From Spirochaetia bacterium (GTDB lineage Bacteria > Spirochaetota > Spirochaetia > CADAEX01), in NCBI GenBank assembly GCA_963662795.1, contig OY759746.1, positions 3,328,001 to 3,392,000 on the forward strand: 64,000 bases of DNA, given 5' to 3'. The notes beneath the pieces are model-generated. The model was not told where the DNA came from and did not search any database. It worked only from the letters and a program-made list of their open reading frames with translations. Positions 30,425-40,274 of the stretch are shown piece after piece (position 1 is the stretch's first letter; each line of letters begins with the position of its first letter). The position numbers and the translations under genes are program-made.

Positions 30425-31120
30425 TCAGACGCCCCTGTTAAACAAATATATTTCATCCATGTTTAAGGTGTTCTGGAGGTGTATTGAATCCTGAATACTG
30501 TCCTGCGAAGTTGATTCAACATCAATCAGTTTTGTAAATTCCGCAAAGTCAGGGTGGCTGACAATAATTTTGAAAGTAAAAGTTTTTGTTATATTGTTTT
30601 CTTCAGCTTCTATGGGATATGGCCAGAAAATGAAAAGGCCGCCTGTATATTCTGAAAGAATTACCGGATTGGATGTCATTTCAGAGGTCATTTTGACAAG
30701 ATTGTCATCGAGAAATAGTTTTACATCAGCATTGGAAACCGGCTCAAACGTTTTTCCGTTTATGATTTTTCCGATTATATTGGGAAAATTGAAATAAAAA
30801 CCATCTTTAAAAAATTCTTCTGTTCTTCTATTATGGTCAGTTCCAAATCTCTTGCGGGATGATATTACAGAAAAACCTTCCTTGACCAGATGGAATATAT
30901 CAGCATCCATCTGCAGTTTTTTTGAATATTCAAGCTCATGGTGAACAATTCCCCTGCTTGAGATTACATATTTTGGGGCGGAATTATTTAATACATAGCA
31001 TGCGACATCAAGGCGGCATTGAATACAGTCGCAGTATTTTTCCCTGTCAAAAGTTGAGCTCTGACAGTATTCATCAACGGAATTTTTGACTTTTTCCTCA
31101 AGAAGATTGTGTATTTCCAT
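30425..31120 (-). CDS. ComFB (late competence development) domain protein with C-terminal beta-sandwich
   Basis: HN.LEE.V, C.C.QCR.DVACY.LN...PKYV.S..G. Confidence 0.88.
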   Translation of the reverse strand: MEIHNLLEEKVKNSVDEYCQSSTFDREKYCDCIQCRLDVACYVLNNSAPKYVISSRGIVHHELEYSKKLQMDADIFHLVKEGFSVISSRKRFGTDHNRRTEEFFKDGFYFNFPNIIGKIINGKTFEPVSNADVKLFLDDNLVKMTSEMTSNPVILSEYTGGLFIFWPYPIEAEENNITKTFTFKIIVSHPDFAEFTKLIDVESTSQDSIQDSIHLQNTLNMDEIYLFNRGV

Positions 31121-31179
31121 ATCTAAGATGAAGTTTATCAGTTGTTATTGAGAACTTCAAGAAATATTAATAATATTTT

Positions 31180-31941
31180 CTACAGATCGGTGGGCAGATA
31201 CTCGGAGTTGATTTTCCAGGGAGCATCAAATATATGCTCATAAACATTTTTATCCAGGTGGTAGAGTTCTTTAAGTACAGGTTTCATCCTGAGCCTCAGG
31301 TTTGTTTCCTTGTAGGGGCATGAGGTATTGTGAACAGGAAGCTCAAGCCGTTCCGCTGCAAGCCTGACTGCTGTTTCCCTTACAAGGCAGAGCGGTCTAA
31401 TAAGTTTTAATTTCCCTTCAAAAAAATCCTGAACCGGCATCATTGTTGAAAAATTGCCTCTAAGGCAAAGATTCATAAGTGTAGTTTCTACAATATCATC
31501 CATGTGATGCCCTGTCGCAATTATATTGATACCGTGTTTTTCCGCATATTCAAACAGTATTCTTTTCCTGTTTCTTGCACAGAGATAGCAGTTGAACTTA
31601 CCCCTGAAAGAGGGGGGCTGGATATCGGCGTCAAGTGATTCAAAGGGGATGGAAAGCATTTTGAAATATTTTTTAATTTCAGACATTTTATCTTCCGGAA
31701 CAGGGTATTCGCGGAAATTTATGTGGAGCGCTTTAAGTTCATATTTGACAGGAAGCCATTTAAGCCTGATCGCAAGACAAAGGGCAAGAACAAGTGAATC
31801 CTTGCCTCCTGATACTGCAAGGAGAACTTTATCATTCTCTCCCATCATGCTGAATCGGTTTATCCCTTTCCCTGCCTGCTTCACTATCCTCATAAGCCAT
31901 TTGGGAATTTTGTCTGTATCGCTTTTCATTATGTCTGTCAT
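31180..31941 (-). CDS. ttcA: tRNA 2-thiocytidine biosynthesis TtcA-family protein
   Basis: SGGKDS PP-loop, CYLC.R.R, IATGHH.DD, IRPL, SCP. Confidence 0.88.
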   Translation of the reverse strand: MTDIMKSDTDKIPKWLMRIVKQAGKGINRFSMMGENDKVLLAVSGGKDSLVLALCLAIRLKWLPVKYELKALHINFREYPVPEDKMSEIKKYFKMLSIPFESLDADIQPPSFRGKFNCYLCARNRKRILFEYAEKHGINIIATGHHMDDIVETTLMNLCLRGNFSTMMPVQDFFEGKLKLIRPLCLVRETAVRLAAERLELPVHNTSCPYKETNLRLRMKPVLKELYHLDKNVYEHIFDAPWKINSEYLPTDL

Positions 31942-32081
31942 GCGGCCCCTGTTTTCCTGTTTTAAAAAAAGATTGATTTTGCCGGCAGCTGCCGGTGCGT
32001 CTGCGTTAAAAGGTTTTTACCTGATGTTTGCCGGTCTATAATTGTTCTTCCCGGTATCACAGTCAGTTGCACAGGTGCTGT

Positions 32082-33374
32082 TCAGCAGCCGTTGTTTATT
32101 AAATCTTCAACCAACTTACGGTCACTGGAAGATATTTTGTTTATTATCTCCTCCGGAAGAAAAAGGCGGATTTTTCTTAAAACTCCTGTAAAACCTTTAA
32201 TAACAGGTTTATTGAAGACTGTTCCTGATGATATAAAACTGCTGGCGTTGTTTTCCTTTACTACAGGCATATCTATTTCAAATGAAATCTGTTCCGGAAT
32301 ATCGATGATTACTGCCACATCATCCGCTTGAGGTGAGTATTTTTTCCTGATAAACAAAAGTATTTCATTTTCCTTTAAAAGTCTTTTATCAAGAAAAGTA
32401 AGACAGTGATGGGCCGAATTTTCAACATCAAAAGGAATTTCAAGTGCAGTTTTATAAATATTTCTTTCTGAAACTCTTTTTAACAGAGAGAAGGGCGGGT
32501 AGCTGCTTTTTTTATAGTTCATGAAAAGTGTTTCATCATCAAGCCCGTAAAGCTCATCAGGCTTTATCATATTGTCTTTTATTCCAAGGAAGAGCGCTTT
32601 TTTGACCATTGCTGTCGCGCTTCTTACTGTTTTGTGCCAGTAGACTGCCCTGTACATAAGGTATTTTGAAAAGAGCAGGTTCTCAACTGCAGGAAGCCCC
32701 GCTTCAAGTACTGCAATATCTGTTTTCCCATGAGGAGTCATGTTGCTGATAATAAAATCTATATCCTGTATTCCGTATGGTACCCCGCAGAAATATGCAT
32801 CGCGGTTAAGATAGTCCAGCTTATCAGGGTCAAGAACGCCTGATAGGATATTTCTGAAAAAAAGTATCTCATCTGTAATATCTGCAGTTATATTTTTATC
32901 CACAATGGCGGCTGCCATGGCAGGGTCGATTTTAAGACTTTCCTTTATTACGGAAAAAAGCGGATCAGAGAGGATATACTGGCCTGTAAGTATTTCATGA
33001 TCGAGCAGGGGGAGCTCTTTAAGTGAATGTGCATACGGAAAATGCCCCATATCGTGCAGGAGGGACGCGCAAAGAAAAGCCAGCGCCCCTTCCTCTGTGA
33101 TCAGCGGGCATTTCTGTGACATTAATAGCTGTCTCAGAATCCTTTTTGAGATATGAAATACCCCGATACTGTGGCAGAGCCTTGTATGGGTTGCTCCCGG
33201 ATACACATGATATGAAGGGCCGAGCTGTTTTATTTTGTTTAGTTTCTGAAGTGTCCCGGAAGAAAGAATACTTTTCATTCCGGGAGAGAGCATTATATTC
33301 CCCCAGAGGGGATCGCGCACAGGTTCGGTATAATCAATATCCAGGTGGCGGAGCAGTGCTTCTGTTTTTAACAT
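32082..33374 (-). CDS. HD-domain phosphohydrolase (YdhJ/SAMHD1-like)
   Basis: RDPLWG, QLG...VYPGATHTR..HS.G, LLHD.GH.PY.H, D.DKLDYL.RD, MYR.VYWHK. Confidence 0.92.
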   Translation of the reverse strand: MLKTEALLRHLDIDYTEPVRDPLWGNIMLSPGMKSILSSGTLQKLNKIKQLGPSYHVYPGATHTRLCHSIGVFHISKRILRQLLMSQKCPLITEEGALAFLCASLLHDMGHFPYAHSLKELPLLDHEILTGQYILSDPLFSVIKESLKIDPAMAAAIVDKNITADITDEILFFRNILSGVLDPDKLDYLNRDAYFCGVPYGIQDIDFIISNMTPHGKTDIAVLEAGLPAVENLLFSKYLMYRAVYWHKTVRSATAMVKKALFLGIKDNMIKPDELYGLDDETLFMNYKKSSYPPFSLLKRVSERNIYKTALEIPFDVENSAHHCLTFLDKRLLKENEILLFIRKKYSPQADDVAVIIDIPEQISFEIDMPVVKENNASSFISSGTVFNKPVIKGFTGVLRKIRLFLPEEIINKISSSDRKLVEDLINNGC

Positions 33375-33383
33375 CTGAATCCG

Positions 33384-35315
33384 TTATACCGTTTTTCCCC
33401 TGGTATAATTAAGCATGCCGCCGGCAAGAAGGACTTCTGCCGCTGTTTTGGCAAGATCATGGGTGAAAATCATCTCTTTACCTGTAGTTTTGTTTACAGC
33501 TTTGATGAGGCTGCCTTTTTTGATGTCATCCGCAAACGACGGGAAATAGATAACATCATTTTTTGATATATTTTCGTAATCTGACGGGTCCTTAAAGGTA
33601 AGAGGCATAATCCCGAAGTTTACAAGGTTTGCCTTGTGAATTCTCGCGAAGCTTTTTACAATTACCGCTTTGACCCCAAGATACATTGGAGCAAGAGCAG
33701 CGTGTTCACGCGATGAACCCTGTCCATAGTTTTCCCCTCCCACAATTATTCCTTTCCCTGCTTTTTTCGCGTTTTCATAGAAATCCGGGTCAACAGCCTC
33801 AAAAGTAAACTTTGAAATCTCGGGTACATTTGACCTGAAAGGGAGCACCCTGGCCCCTGCAGGCATTATATGATCAGTTGTGATGTTATCCTCTGTTTTT
33901 ATAAGAACCTGTGCCTCAAACTGTTTCTCTGCGGGCTGCGCCTTGGGACACGGTTTGATATTCGGTCCCCGTTCGATTTCAAGCGAATCAAAGTCTTTTT
34001 CCGGAGCGGGCGGAACAATCATGGAATCATCAATTGAAATGAAGTTTGTATAATCTTTCTGGGTTATTTTTATTTTGCGCGGGTCTGTTATAACTCCGTA
34101 AAGGGCAGATGCCGCGGCTGTTTCAGGGGAAGAAAGGTAGACTTTCGCGTCTTTTGTCCCGCTTCTTCCTTTGAAATTCCTGTTGAATGATCTTATTGAT
34201 ACGCCGCCGGATGACGGGGCAAATCCCATACCGATACACGGTCCGCAAGCGCTCTCGAGTATTCTCGCGCCGCTTTTTACAAGTTTTTTTATTATGCCGG
34301 CTTCTATTGAGCTTTCAAATACCTGTTTGGACCCGGGAGAAATGCCAAGCGATACATTTTCAGCTACTGTTTTGCCGTCCAGTATATCTGAAGCTATACC
34401 AAGGTCATTAATAGAAGAATTGGTGCAGGAGCCGATCGCCGCCTGATCAATTTTAATTCCCTCAATCTCGCTGACCGCTACAACCTTGTCCGGCATATCC
34501 GGCTGCGCAATCATGGGGACTATCTCTGAAAGATTTATCTCAATAACCCTGTCGTATTTGCATCCTTCATCAGATTTGAATTCAACCCATGATTTTTCCC
34601 TCTTCTGAAGTTTGAAAAATTCTTTTGTTATATTGTCTGAGGGGAATATCGATGTTGTCGCGCCAAGTTCAGCGCCCATGTTTGTAATGGTTGATCTCTG
34701 GGGTACTGTAAGTGTCTCAACTCCCGGGCCGAAGTATTCATAAACCCTGCCGACACCGCCTTTAACAGTTTCGATCTGGAGGAGTTTTAGGATTATGTCT
34801 TTTGAACTGCACATGGGTTTCAGTTTTCCGGTAAGTTTTACACCGGTTACAAAAGGCATAGTCATTGTAAAAGGGGCCCCTGCCATTGCGCATGCGATGT
34901 CAAGTCCTCCTGCTCCTATCGAGAGCATCCCAAGCCCTCCTCCTGTAGGAGTATGGGAATCGGAGCCGAGAAGGGTTTTTCCCGGTATCCCGAACCGCTC
35001 AAGATGCACCTGATGGCATATACCGTTCCCTATCCGTGAAAAATATAATCCGTATTTTTTAGCGAAACTCTGAAGAAATTTATGGTCATCCATGTTTTTA
35101 AAATCAGACTGAAGAGTATTGTGATCAATATAGGAAACTGAAAGTTCTGTTTTTACCCTTTTTATCCCCATTGCCTCAAACTGCAGGTATACCATTGTCC
35201 CGGTCGCGTCCTGGGTCAGAGTCTGGTCTATTTTAACTGCAATTTCTTCCCCGGCAGTCATTGAACCTGAAACAAAATGATTTTCTATAATTTTCTGTGT
35301 AAGTGTTTTACTCAT
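33384..35315 (-). CDS. Aconitate hydratase (Aquifex-type)
   Basis: QTLTQDATGT, GICHQ, GSDSHT, IGSCTN, CGPCIG, NRNF.GR, TTDHI.PAG, NYGQGSSREHAA; start at MSKTLTQK after a GGAG RBS. Confidence 0.92.
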   Translation of the reverse strand: MSKTLTQKIIENHFVSGSMTAGEEIAVKIDQTLTQDATGTMVYLQFEAMGIKRVKTELSVSYIDHNTLQSDFKNMDDHKFLQSFAKKYGLYFSRIGNGICHQVHLERFGIPGKTLLGSDSHTPTGGGLGMLSIGAGGLDIACAMAGAPFTMTMPFVTGVKLTGKLKPMCSSKDIILKLLQIETVKGGVGRVYEYFGPGVETLTVPQRSTITNMGAELGATTSIFPSDNITKEFFKLQKREKSWVEFKSDEGCKYDRVIEINLSEIVPMIAQPDMPDKVVAVSEIEGIKIDQAAIGSCTNSSINDLGIASDILDGKTVAENVSLGISPGSKQVFESSIEAGIIKKLVKSGARILESACGPCIGMGFAPSSGGVSIRSFNRNFKGRSGTKDAKVYLSSPETAAASALYGVITDPRKIKITQKDYTNFISIDDSMIVPPAPEKDFDSLEIERGPNIKPCPKAQPAEKQFEAQVLIKTEDNITTDHIMPAGARVLPFRSNVPEISKFTFEAVDPDFYENAKKAGKGIIVGGENYGQGSSREHAALAPMYLGVKAVIVKSFARIHKANLVNFGIMPLTFKDPSDYENISKNDVIYFPSFADDIKKGSLIKAVNKTTGKEMIFTHDLAKTAAEVLLAGGMLNYTRGKTV

Positions 35316-35460
35316 ACGGATCTCCATTATTTGACAGTGATACATGATTATAATTTTATTTGCATAAATTGTCAAAAGCGGACTTGGAAAAAGTGGAATT
35401 CTAAGATAGAAAAAGAAGAAAATAATGGGGATACTCAGGGAAAGTGCTATAATTTTGGAA

Positions 35461-36063
35461 ATGAAAATTTGCAGATTCATATGGATTTCTGTATCAATTG
35501 GATTTTTTTTGTTTTTTTCAGGTTGTGACAGGGTATACAGGAAAAAAGACATAGACAGGGAAATTCATATAAGAAAAAACTATAGAATTGAGTACTACTT
35601 AAACAGGGAAGCCAGCCTGCAGACAGAGAAAGCTGTCAATACGGCTTTCCTGCTGTGGGAGGATTCTTCAGATTTTAGGTTTATCTATTCGGGAAGTGGG
35701 AAAGCCGGGCTTAAGCGGGACGGCAGGAATACAATATCTTTCATGCTCACCTGGCCGGATGAAGCACCTGCAGGGAAAGCTGCCTGGTGCCTTAATTACT
35801 ATGACAGAAACGGAAATATTGTTGAATCCGACATTATCTTCAACATGGCCCTTGCCCGGTTTACCACACTCGAAACAAAAACTCCAGACTCATATTACAT
35901 CGAAGGACTTTTAGCCCATGAGATAGGTCATATGCTGGGGCTTGAGCACATAGATTCCGCTGATTCCCTCATGAAACCGATGTTATCTCAAAGCGAATCA
36001 TATTTTATGGGCAGGATTGATGATGAGACAATAAGGCAGTATAAAAAACTTTATCCTGAATAA
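35461..36063 (+). CDS. Matrixin-family (M10) zinc metalloprotease, probable lipoprotein
   Basis: HEIGHMLGLEH and Met-turn SLM.P; FSGC lipobox. Confidence 0.88.
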   Translation: MKICRFIWISVSIGFFLFFSGCDRVYRKKDIDREIHIRKNYRIEYYLNREASLQTEKAVNTAFLLWEDSSDFRFIYSGSGKAGLKRDGRNTISFMLTWPDEAPAGKAAWCLNYYDRNGNIVESDIIFNMALARFTTLETKTPDSYYIEGLLAHEIGHMLGLEHIDSADSLMKPMLSQSESYFMGRIDDETIRQYKKLYPE

Positions 36064-36220
36064 CAATTCTGTAGATTCTTAAGCTGCTTAATAATACGGT
36101 TCCATCTATCTGAAAATAATCTGCTTTTAAGCCCGGAACAGACCAACCATAAAAAAATAATACGGTATTCCCGCCCGCAATAAACCCGGCCTGTCCCGGT
36201 TGAATTTTAAACTGACATTT

Positions 36221-36757
36221 TTACTTGAACCAGACGATAGGTCTTATTGATACATTTGCGCTGCTTATATCTCCTGCTGCTCCTGAATGGACTGTATCGT
36301 GCCAGCCATATAAAGTTGAAGTTTCTGATGGAATTGAAACCATACCAATATGGGAATAATAATTCCCGTCACCTGGAAGACTGAACTGGGATACAATATC
36401 GCTGCCGGAATCTGTTGCGCTGAATTGTATATATAACTGATACTCAGTCCCTGAAGTGCCGATAATTTCCACCATAGCCATAGTTGAGCCTGAAGGCACT
36501 GTAAAACCTGCAGAGGTTCTTCCAGTCCAGCCTGCTCCTGTCAGGTTTTGCGGTGCCGCTGAATCCCATTCCGGCAGCATCGCATCAACCTCAGATTTCG
36601 TATAATAACTGCTGGCATCAAAGTCAGCTCCCTCTCCTCCGCTTGCCCCTGGCTCTGAACAGGATAGAACTAAAACAAGTGCAATTGCAGTAACAGATGC
36701 GCTTAATAAACAAAGCAGCGCCGTTATTCCCATACTGAAAGTTTTTTTATTTTCCAT
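36221..36757 (-). CDS. Hypothetical lipoprotein
   Basis: GGAGG RBS; hydrophobic leader ending VLSC. Confidence 0.7.
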   Translation of the reverse strand: MENKKTFSMGITALLCLLSASVTAIALVLVLSCSEPGASGGEGADFDASSYYTKSEVDAMLPEWDSAAPQNLTGAGWTGRTSAGFTVPSGSTMAMVEIIGTSGTEYQLYIQFSATDSGSDIVSQFSLPGDGNYYSHIGMVSIPSETSTLYGWHDTVHSGAAGDISSANVSIRPIVWFK

Positions 36758-36816
36758 ACCGTATCCTCCTGAAAAATATATATTTCAGTTTAGATATCAG
36801 CTGTCTTGATCAGCAA

Positions 36817-36865
36817 TCGTGGGAATTACGTATTTTTTAGCTAAAACTGTCGTGGGAATTACGTA
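36817..36865 (-). promoter_or_regulatory. Two identical 16-bp repeats (TACGTAATTCCCACGA on - strand), probable LuxR-type activator sites
   Basis: TCGTGGGAATTACGTA at 36817-36832 and 36850-36865; the proximal copy abuts a weak -35 TTGCTG, with -10 TAAACT 18 bp further on. Confidence 0.65.
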
Positions 36866-38112
36866 GATGAGTCAATTCTGTATCTTGAAGTGAGTGCAAA
36901 AAGCTCGATCCTGTTTGAAGTGCCGGTTTTCTGAAATATATTTGTAAGATGTGTTTCTACTGTACGTTCTGAAATAAAAAGCATCTCCGCTATCTGCCGG
37001 CTGCTTTTCCCTTCAGCGCATAATTCAATAATCTCCATTTCCCTTTTTGTGATTTTATGGGTTTTGATAAAATCAGAAATACATTCATTTATCCTTGAAA
37101 GAACCAGAAAACCACTGATTTCGTTAAATGAATCGGTAAGTACTTTTATATATGAGTCACTGTACAGGGGATGATCTTTGTTGAGAAAAATCAGTCTGCA
37201 TTTCATATTTACTGTAATGCTATCTTTCATAACTGAGAAAATTGACATGGTTTTTTCCGGTTCCTGTATGAGGCCGGGGAAATAAACAGGATTTTTTTCA
37301 AAATCCCGGTCAATTACAAGAGTTTTTGCTGCATAAAGATTTGCGTTTGAAATATTCAAAGAAGTATCAATGATAAATACCATCTCGTTTATATTGTCCA
37401 GAACCTCATTTGCAACCAGAAAAGGTGTGATTTCCAGAAAATTATATCTTAAAAGGATAAACCACAGGCCGTATATATAAAAAGCAACTGTTAACGGGCC
37501 AAGCGGGGGGATGTGAATATTGAAAATATACGGGAAAAGAAAATCGAGAAAGCTTCCAATAAAAAGGGTCATAAGGGTGAAAACAGAAATAAGCAGCGCC
37601 TGTCTTTGCTGTATCCGTCTGCCGGAGTGTGATGCCCATTTATGAATCAGGTAAACAGTTGACGCGGTATAGGGAAAGTAATACAGCAGATATACCCAGA
37701 ACCATGGGGACCCGTAAGCCGGAGAATAACGCCATATCCCGTTCAGTAAAATAAAATCCTTAAAAAGGGATGAAGAAATAAATGTCGAGGCAAGAATAAA
37801 AGGGACAGGAATATAAATCAGCAGATCCTTTTTTCTGAATCCGTTACGGTAAGCAAGATTAAGATAAAAATGGAGATTAAATGCGTAGAAAGGGGCAAAC
37901 CCTAATGATGAAAGCCTGTACCAGAAAACTACGGTTTCCCGGTCATCTCCTGAAACAGAGTAACCGGCACAAAAAAGAAATATTGACATGGTAAAACACA
38001 TCAGAAAAAATAGTTTTCTGGCGTATTTTCTCCCTTCACCCTTAAGCGCAATAACCCCGAGAAAAATACAGCTTACAGACATTGCTGCCGTGAATGCAAG
38101 ATACAGTTTCAT
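36859..38112 (-). CDS. Membrane-bound LuxR-family regulator (HisKA_7TM-like + PAS-like + LuxR HTH)
   Basis: About 7 TM helices; C-terminal ITKREMEII..GKS..IAE.LFISERTVETHLTNIFQK. Confidence 0.9.
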   Translation of the reverse strand: MKLYLAFTAAMSVSCIFLGVIALKGEGRKYARKLFFLMCFTMSIFLFCAGYSVSGDDRETVVFWYRLSSLGFAPFYAFNLHFYLNLAYRNGFRKKDLLIYIPVPFILASTFISSSLFKDFILLNGIWRYSPAYGSPWFWVYLLYYFPYTASTVYLIHKWASHSGRRIQQRQALLISVFTLMTLFIGSFLDFLFPYIFNIHIPPLGPLTVAFYIYGLWFILLRYNFLEITPFLVANEVLDNINEMVFIIDTSLNISNANLYAAKTLVIDRDFEKNPVYFPGLIQEPEKTMSIFSVMKDSITVNMKCRLIFLNKDHPLYSDSYIKVLTDSFNEISGFLVLSRINECISDFIKTHKITKREMEIIELCAEGKSSRQIAEMLFISERTVETHLTNIFQKTGTSNRIELFALTSRYRIDSST

Positions 38113-38180
38113 AAGAAAATTATATGGTTATAATCAGGGAGCTGTCAAATAAAGCGTAATATATGATATAATAACAGAAC

Positions 38181-38864
38181 ATGAAGTTGACACATATTAT
38201 GATTATTACAGCTTTAACATTCGCTTTGTTATTTACTACAGCCGGATGCAGGGATGGAAAAGAAAAATCATCTGCAGCATCAGATGAAAAAAACATACAG
38301 AATACCGATAATCCCGGAAAAGCAGAATCCCCTGTTCAAAGCGGGCCGGAGCGTATTGAACTTGAACCTGCTCCCGGAAGCAGTTCATCAGAGACTTTAA
38401 AATTGAAATCCAGTTTAGTTTCTGAAATTGGATCTGTTTTTATTACTCCCGATGATTTTGAGATAGGGCCGCTGCTTGTTCATGACGGCGAAGACAGTTA
38501 TGCGCTTTTTATAAATAATTTTTTCAAAGAGCTTGAGAAGGGTAAAATAGCACGGGATATGATAGATCCTAAGAATATTCAGTTTTTAACTCAGGTTTTT
38601 GAATCATCAATCCGGTCGGATCATGTTCCGGATAATATAAGAATTGGCGAAGCTGTAAGAATATCCGGCAGCAGCAGCGGTTCTGAAAGCATAAGATTAA
38701 ATCTCAGGCTCTTCAAAGGGAATAACAGGACAGAAGGGGAAATATTTCTTATTGATCAGGGAGGCAGCTTCAAAATAAGCAATTTTAACGGCGATCTTTC
38801 AAGGCTTGATATTGAGTATGCGGGAAATGAAGGGAAATTTGAACCTGAGATATACAGGTTTTAA
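38181..38864 (+). CDS. Hypothetical lipoprotein
   Basis: Lipobox TAGC, low-complexity linker, 'P.DFEIG.L'. Confidence 0.7.
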   Translation: MKLTHIMIITALTFALLFTTAGCRDGKEKSSAASDEKNIQNTDNPGKAESPVQSGPERIELEPAPGSSSSETLKLKSSLVSEIGSVFITPDDFEIGPLLVHDGEDSYALFINNFFKELEKGKIARDMIDPKNIQFLTQVFESSIRSDHVPDNIRIGEAVRISGSSSGSESIRLNLRLFKGNNRTEGEIFLIDQGGSFKISNFNGDLSRLDIEYAGNEGKFEPEIYRF

Positions 38865-39032
38865 GGCAAGTATGTTCAATACTCCCTTTGAAAAACTATT
38901 TACTGCCTAAATATATATAGCAGAGGTTTTTTAAAAAATTGTCTGCAACATGGTTGTTTTTCTGACTATTTGATTTAAATTTGTATTAGTGAGTAGAATA
39001 TAATAAATGTATTATTATTCCGGAGGATCCAG

Positions 39033-40274
39033 GTGGGTGTTGAGACAAACAGAATTGAATCTGAGTTTATAATAAAATCGGTTATTGAGAAAAATATCCC
39101 GATTGCAGTTCATATAAAAAGAAATAAAATTGAGGGTGTCATAACTGATTTTATAATTGATAAGAAAATAATGATCAGTATTTCGCCTGATCAAATAAGT
39201 GAAGCGGCTGCCGGAGATGAAATATGTATCTATTTTTCCTATTTCAGTCATGTAATGAATTTTTGCGCAAGGATTCTTGGTGTTAATGAGGATGGGATAA
39301 CAGTAACATATCCGCCAAAAATATATAAAAATCTGAGCAGGAAATATGAGAGAGTACCTGCTCCTGAAAATGCCAAAATTGTTTTTACCGTCAAAGGTGA
39401 AAAATTCCAGCTTGATTTTCCAAAAACGGAAGAATACAATTCAGTTGATTTTCCCGAATTCAATACCGATGATTATGCGGTTGACAATATAACACAGCTG
39501 ATTACAGATTTCAGAACTAAAATTCTCGAAACAGCAAGTTATGTAAATATCATAACCTATAGAAAAAGCAAACCGGAAACACTGGAGGAACAGTTTATAT
39601 CGCTTTCAGGCAAGGTTTTGTATTTACCCTCTACAAATCAGCCGCTTCCCGAATTTATAGAGTCTGTCGAAGTACCTGTTCTCAATTCCGAGCTTGCAGA
39701 TACGCTTGTTATTGACGGGGTTAAAAAACTCAAAACACGTAATTTCGAGAAAAGCAGCAAGGGAATCCATTCTGAAATATACTGCCCTGTTTTATACCTT
39801 GAGTATGTAGTAGGTTATATACATGTCCAGAACAAAGATAAAAACAAATCAGGTATAAGTCCTGAAATTCTTGAATATGTTTATCAATTTTCCAAAGTTC
39901 TTGCCTTTTCACTGAAAATGAGCGGTTATTTCAAGGAAAAAATTGAAACCACGGAAAAATATGAAAGCACAATAATCGATATCAGCGCATCAGGACTGCT
40001 GTTCGGTTCAAATTCCAAAAAACTGGAAAAACTTTTTTTTCTTTATACTGATATAAAAATTGACCTTTACCTGGAAGAAAAAACAATACCTATATCCTGC
40101 AGAATCATGAGAAAGTACAAAAGCGGAGATACTGTTTTTTATGGACTTATCATCCTTGGAATCAAAGAGGAAGATTTTGAAGATCTGTTCCAGCTTGTTT
40201 ACGGCCGTAAAGCTACTGATGAAGATGTTGAGTTGTGGGAAGGAGGCTCAGCCCCTCCAGAGATCAATTTTTGA
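39033..40274 (+). CDS. PilZ-domain protein (DUF1577-like)
   Basis: RKYER (RxxxR) and DISASG (DxSxxG) motifs separated by a GAF-like segment; GGAGG RBS and GTG start. Confidence 0.82.
   Translation: MGVETNRIESEFIIKSVIEKNIPIAVHIKRNKIEGVITDFIIDKKIMISISPDQISEAAAGDEICIYFSYFSHVMNFCARILGVNEDGITVTYPPKIYKNLSRKYERVPAPENAKIVFTVKGEKFQLDFPKTEEYNSVDFPEFNTDDYAVDNITQLITDFRTKILETASYVNIITYRKSKPETLEEQFISLSGKVLYLPSTNQPLPEFIESVEVPVLNSELADTLVIDGVKKLKTRNFEKSSKGIHSEIYCPVLYLEYVVGYIHVQNKDKNKSGISPEILEYVYQFSKVLAFSLKMSGYFKEKIETTEKYESTIIDISASGLLFGSNSKKLEKLFFLYTDIKIDLYLEEKTIPISCRIMRKYKSGDTVFYGLIILGIKEEDFEDLFQLVYGRKATDEDVELWEGGSAPPEINF

Noticed and set aside
35316-35552. 79-aa hydrophobic N-terminal extension of aconitase in the ORF track
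   Set aside because: Overlaps the divergent matrixin gene; the RBS and family start fit MSKTLTQK at 35315
36817-36865. Direct repeats as a mini-CRISPR or att site
   Set aside because: Only two 16-bp units 17 bp apart, no cas or integrase; position fits activator sites. No CRISPR array was seen anywhere in the window
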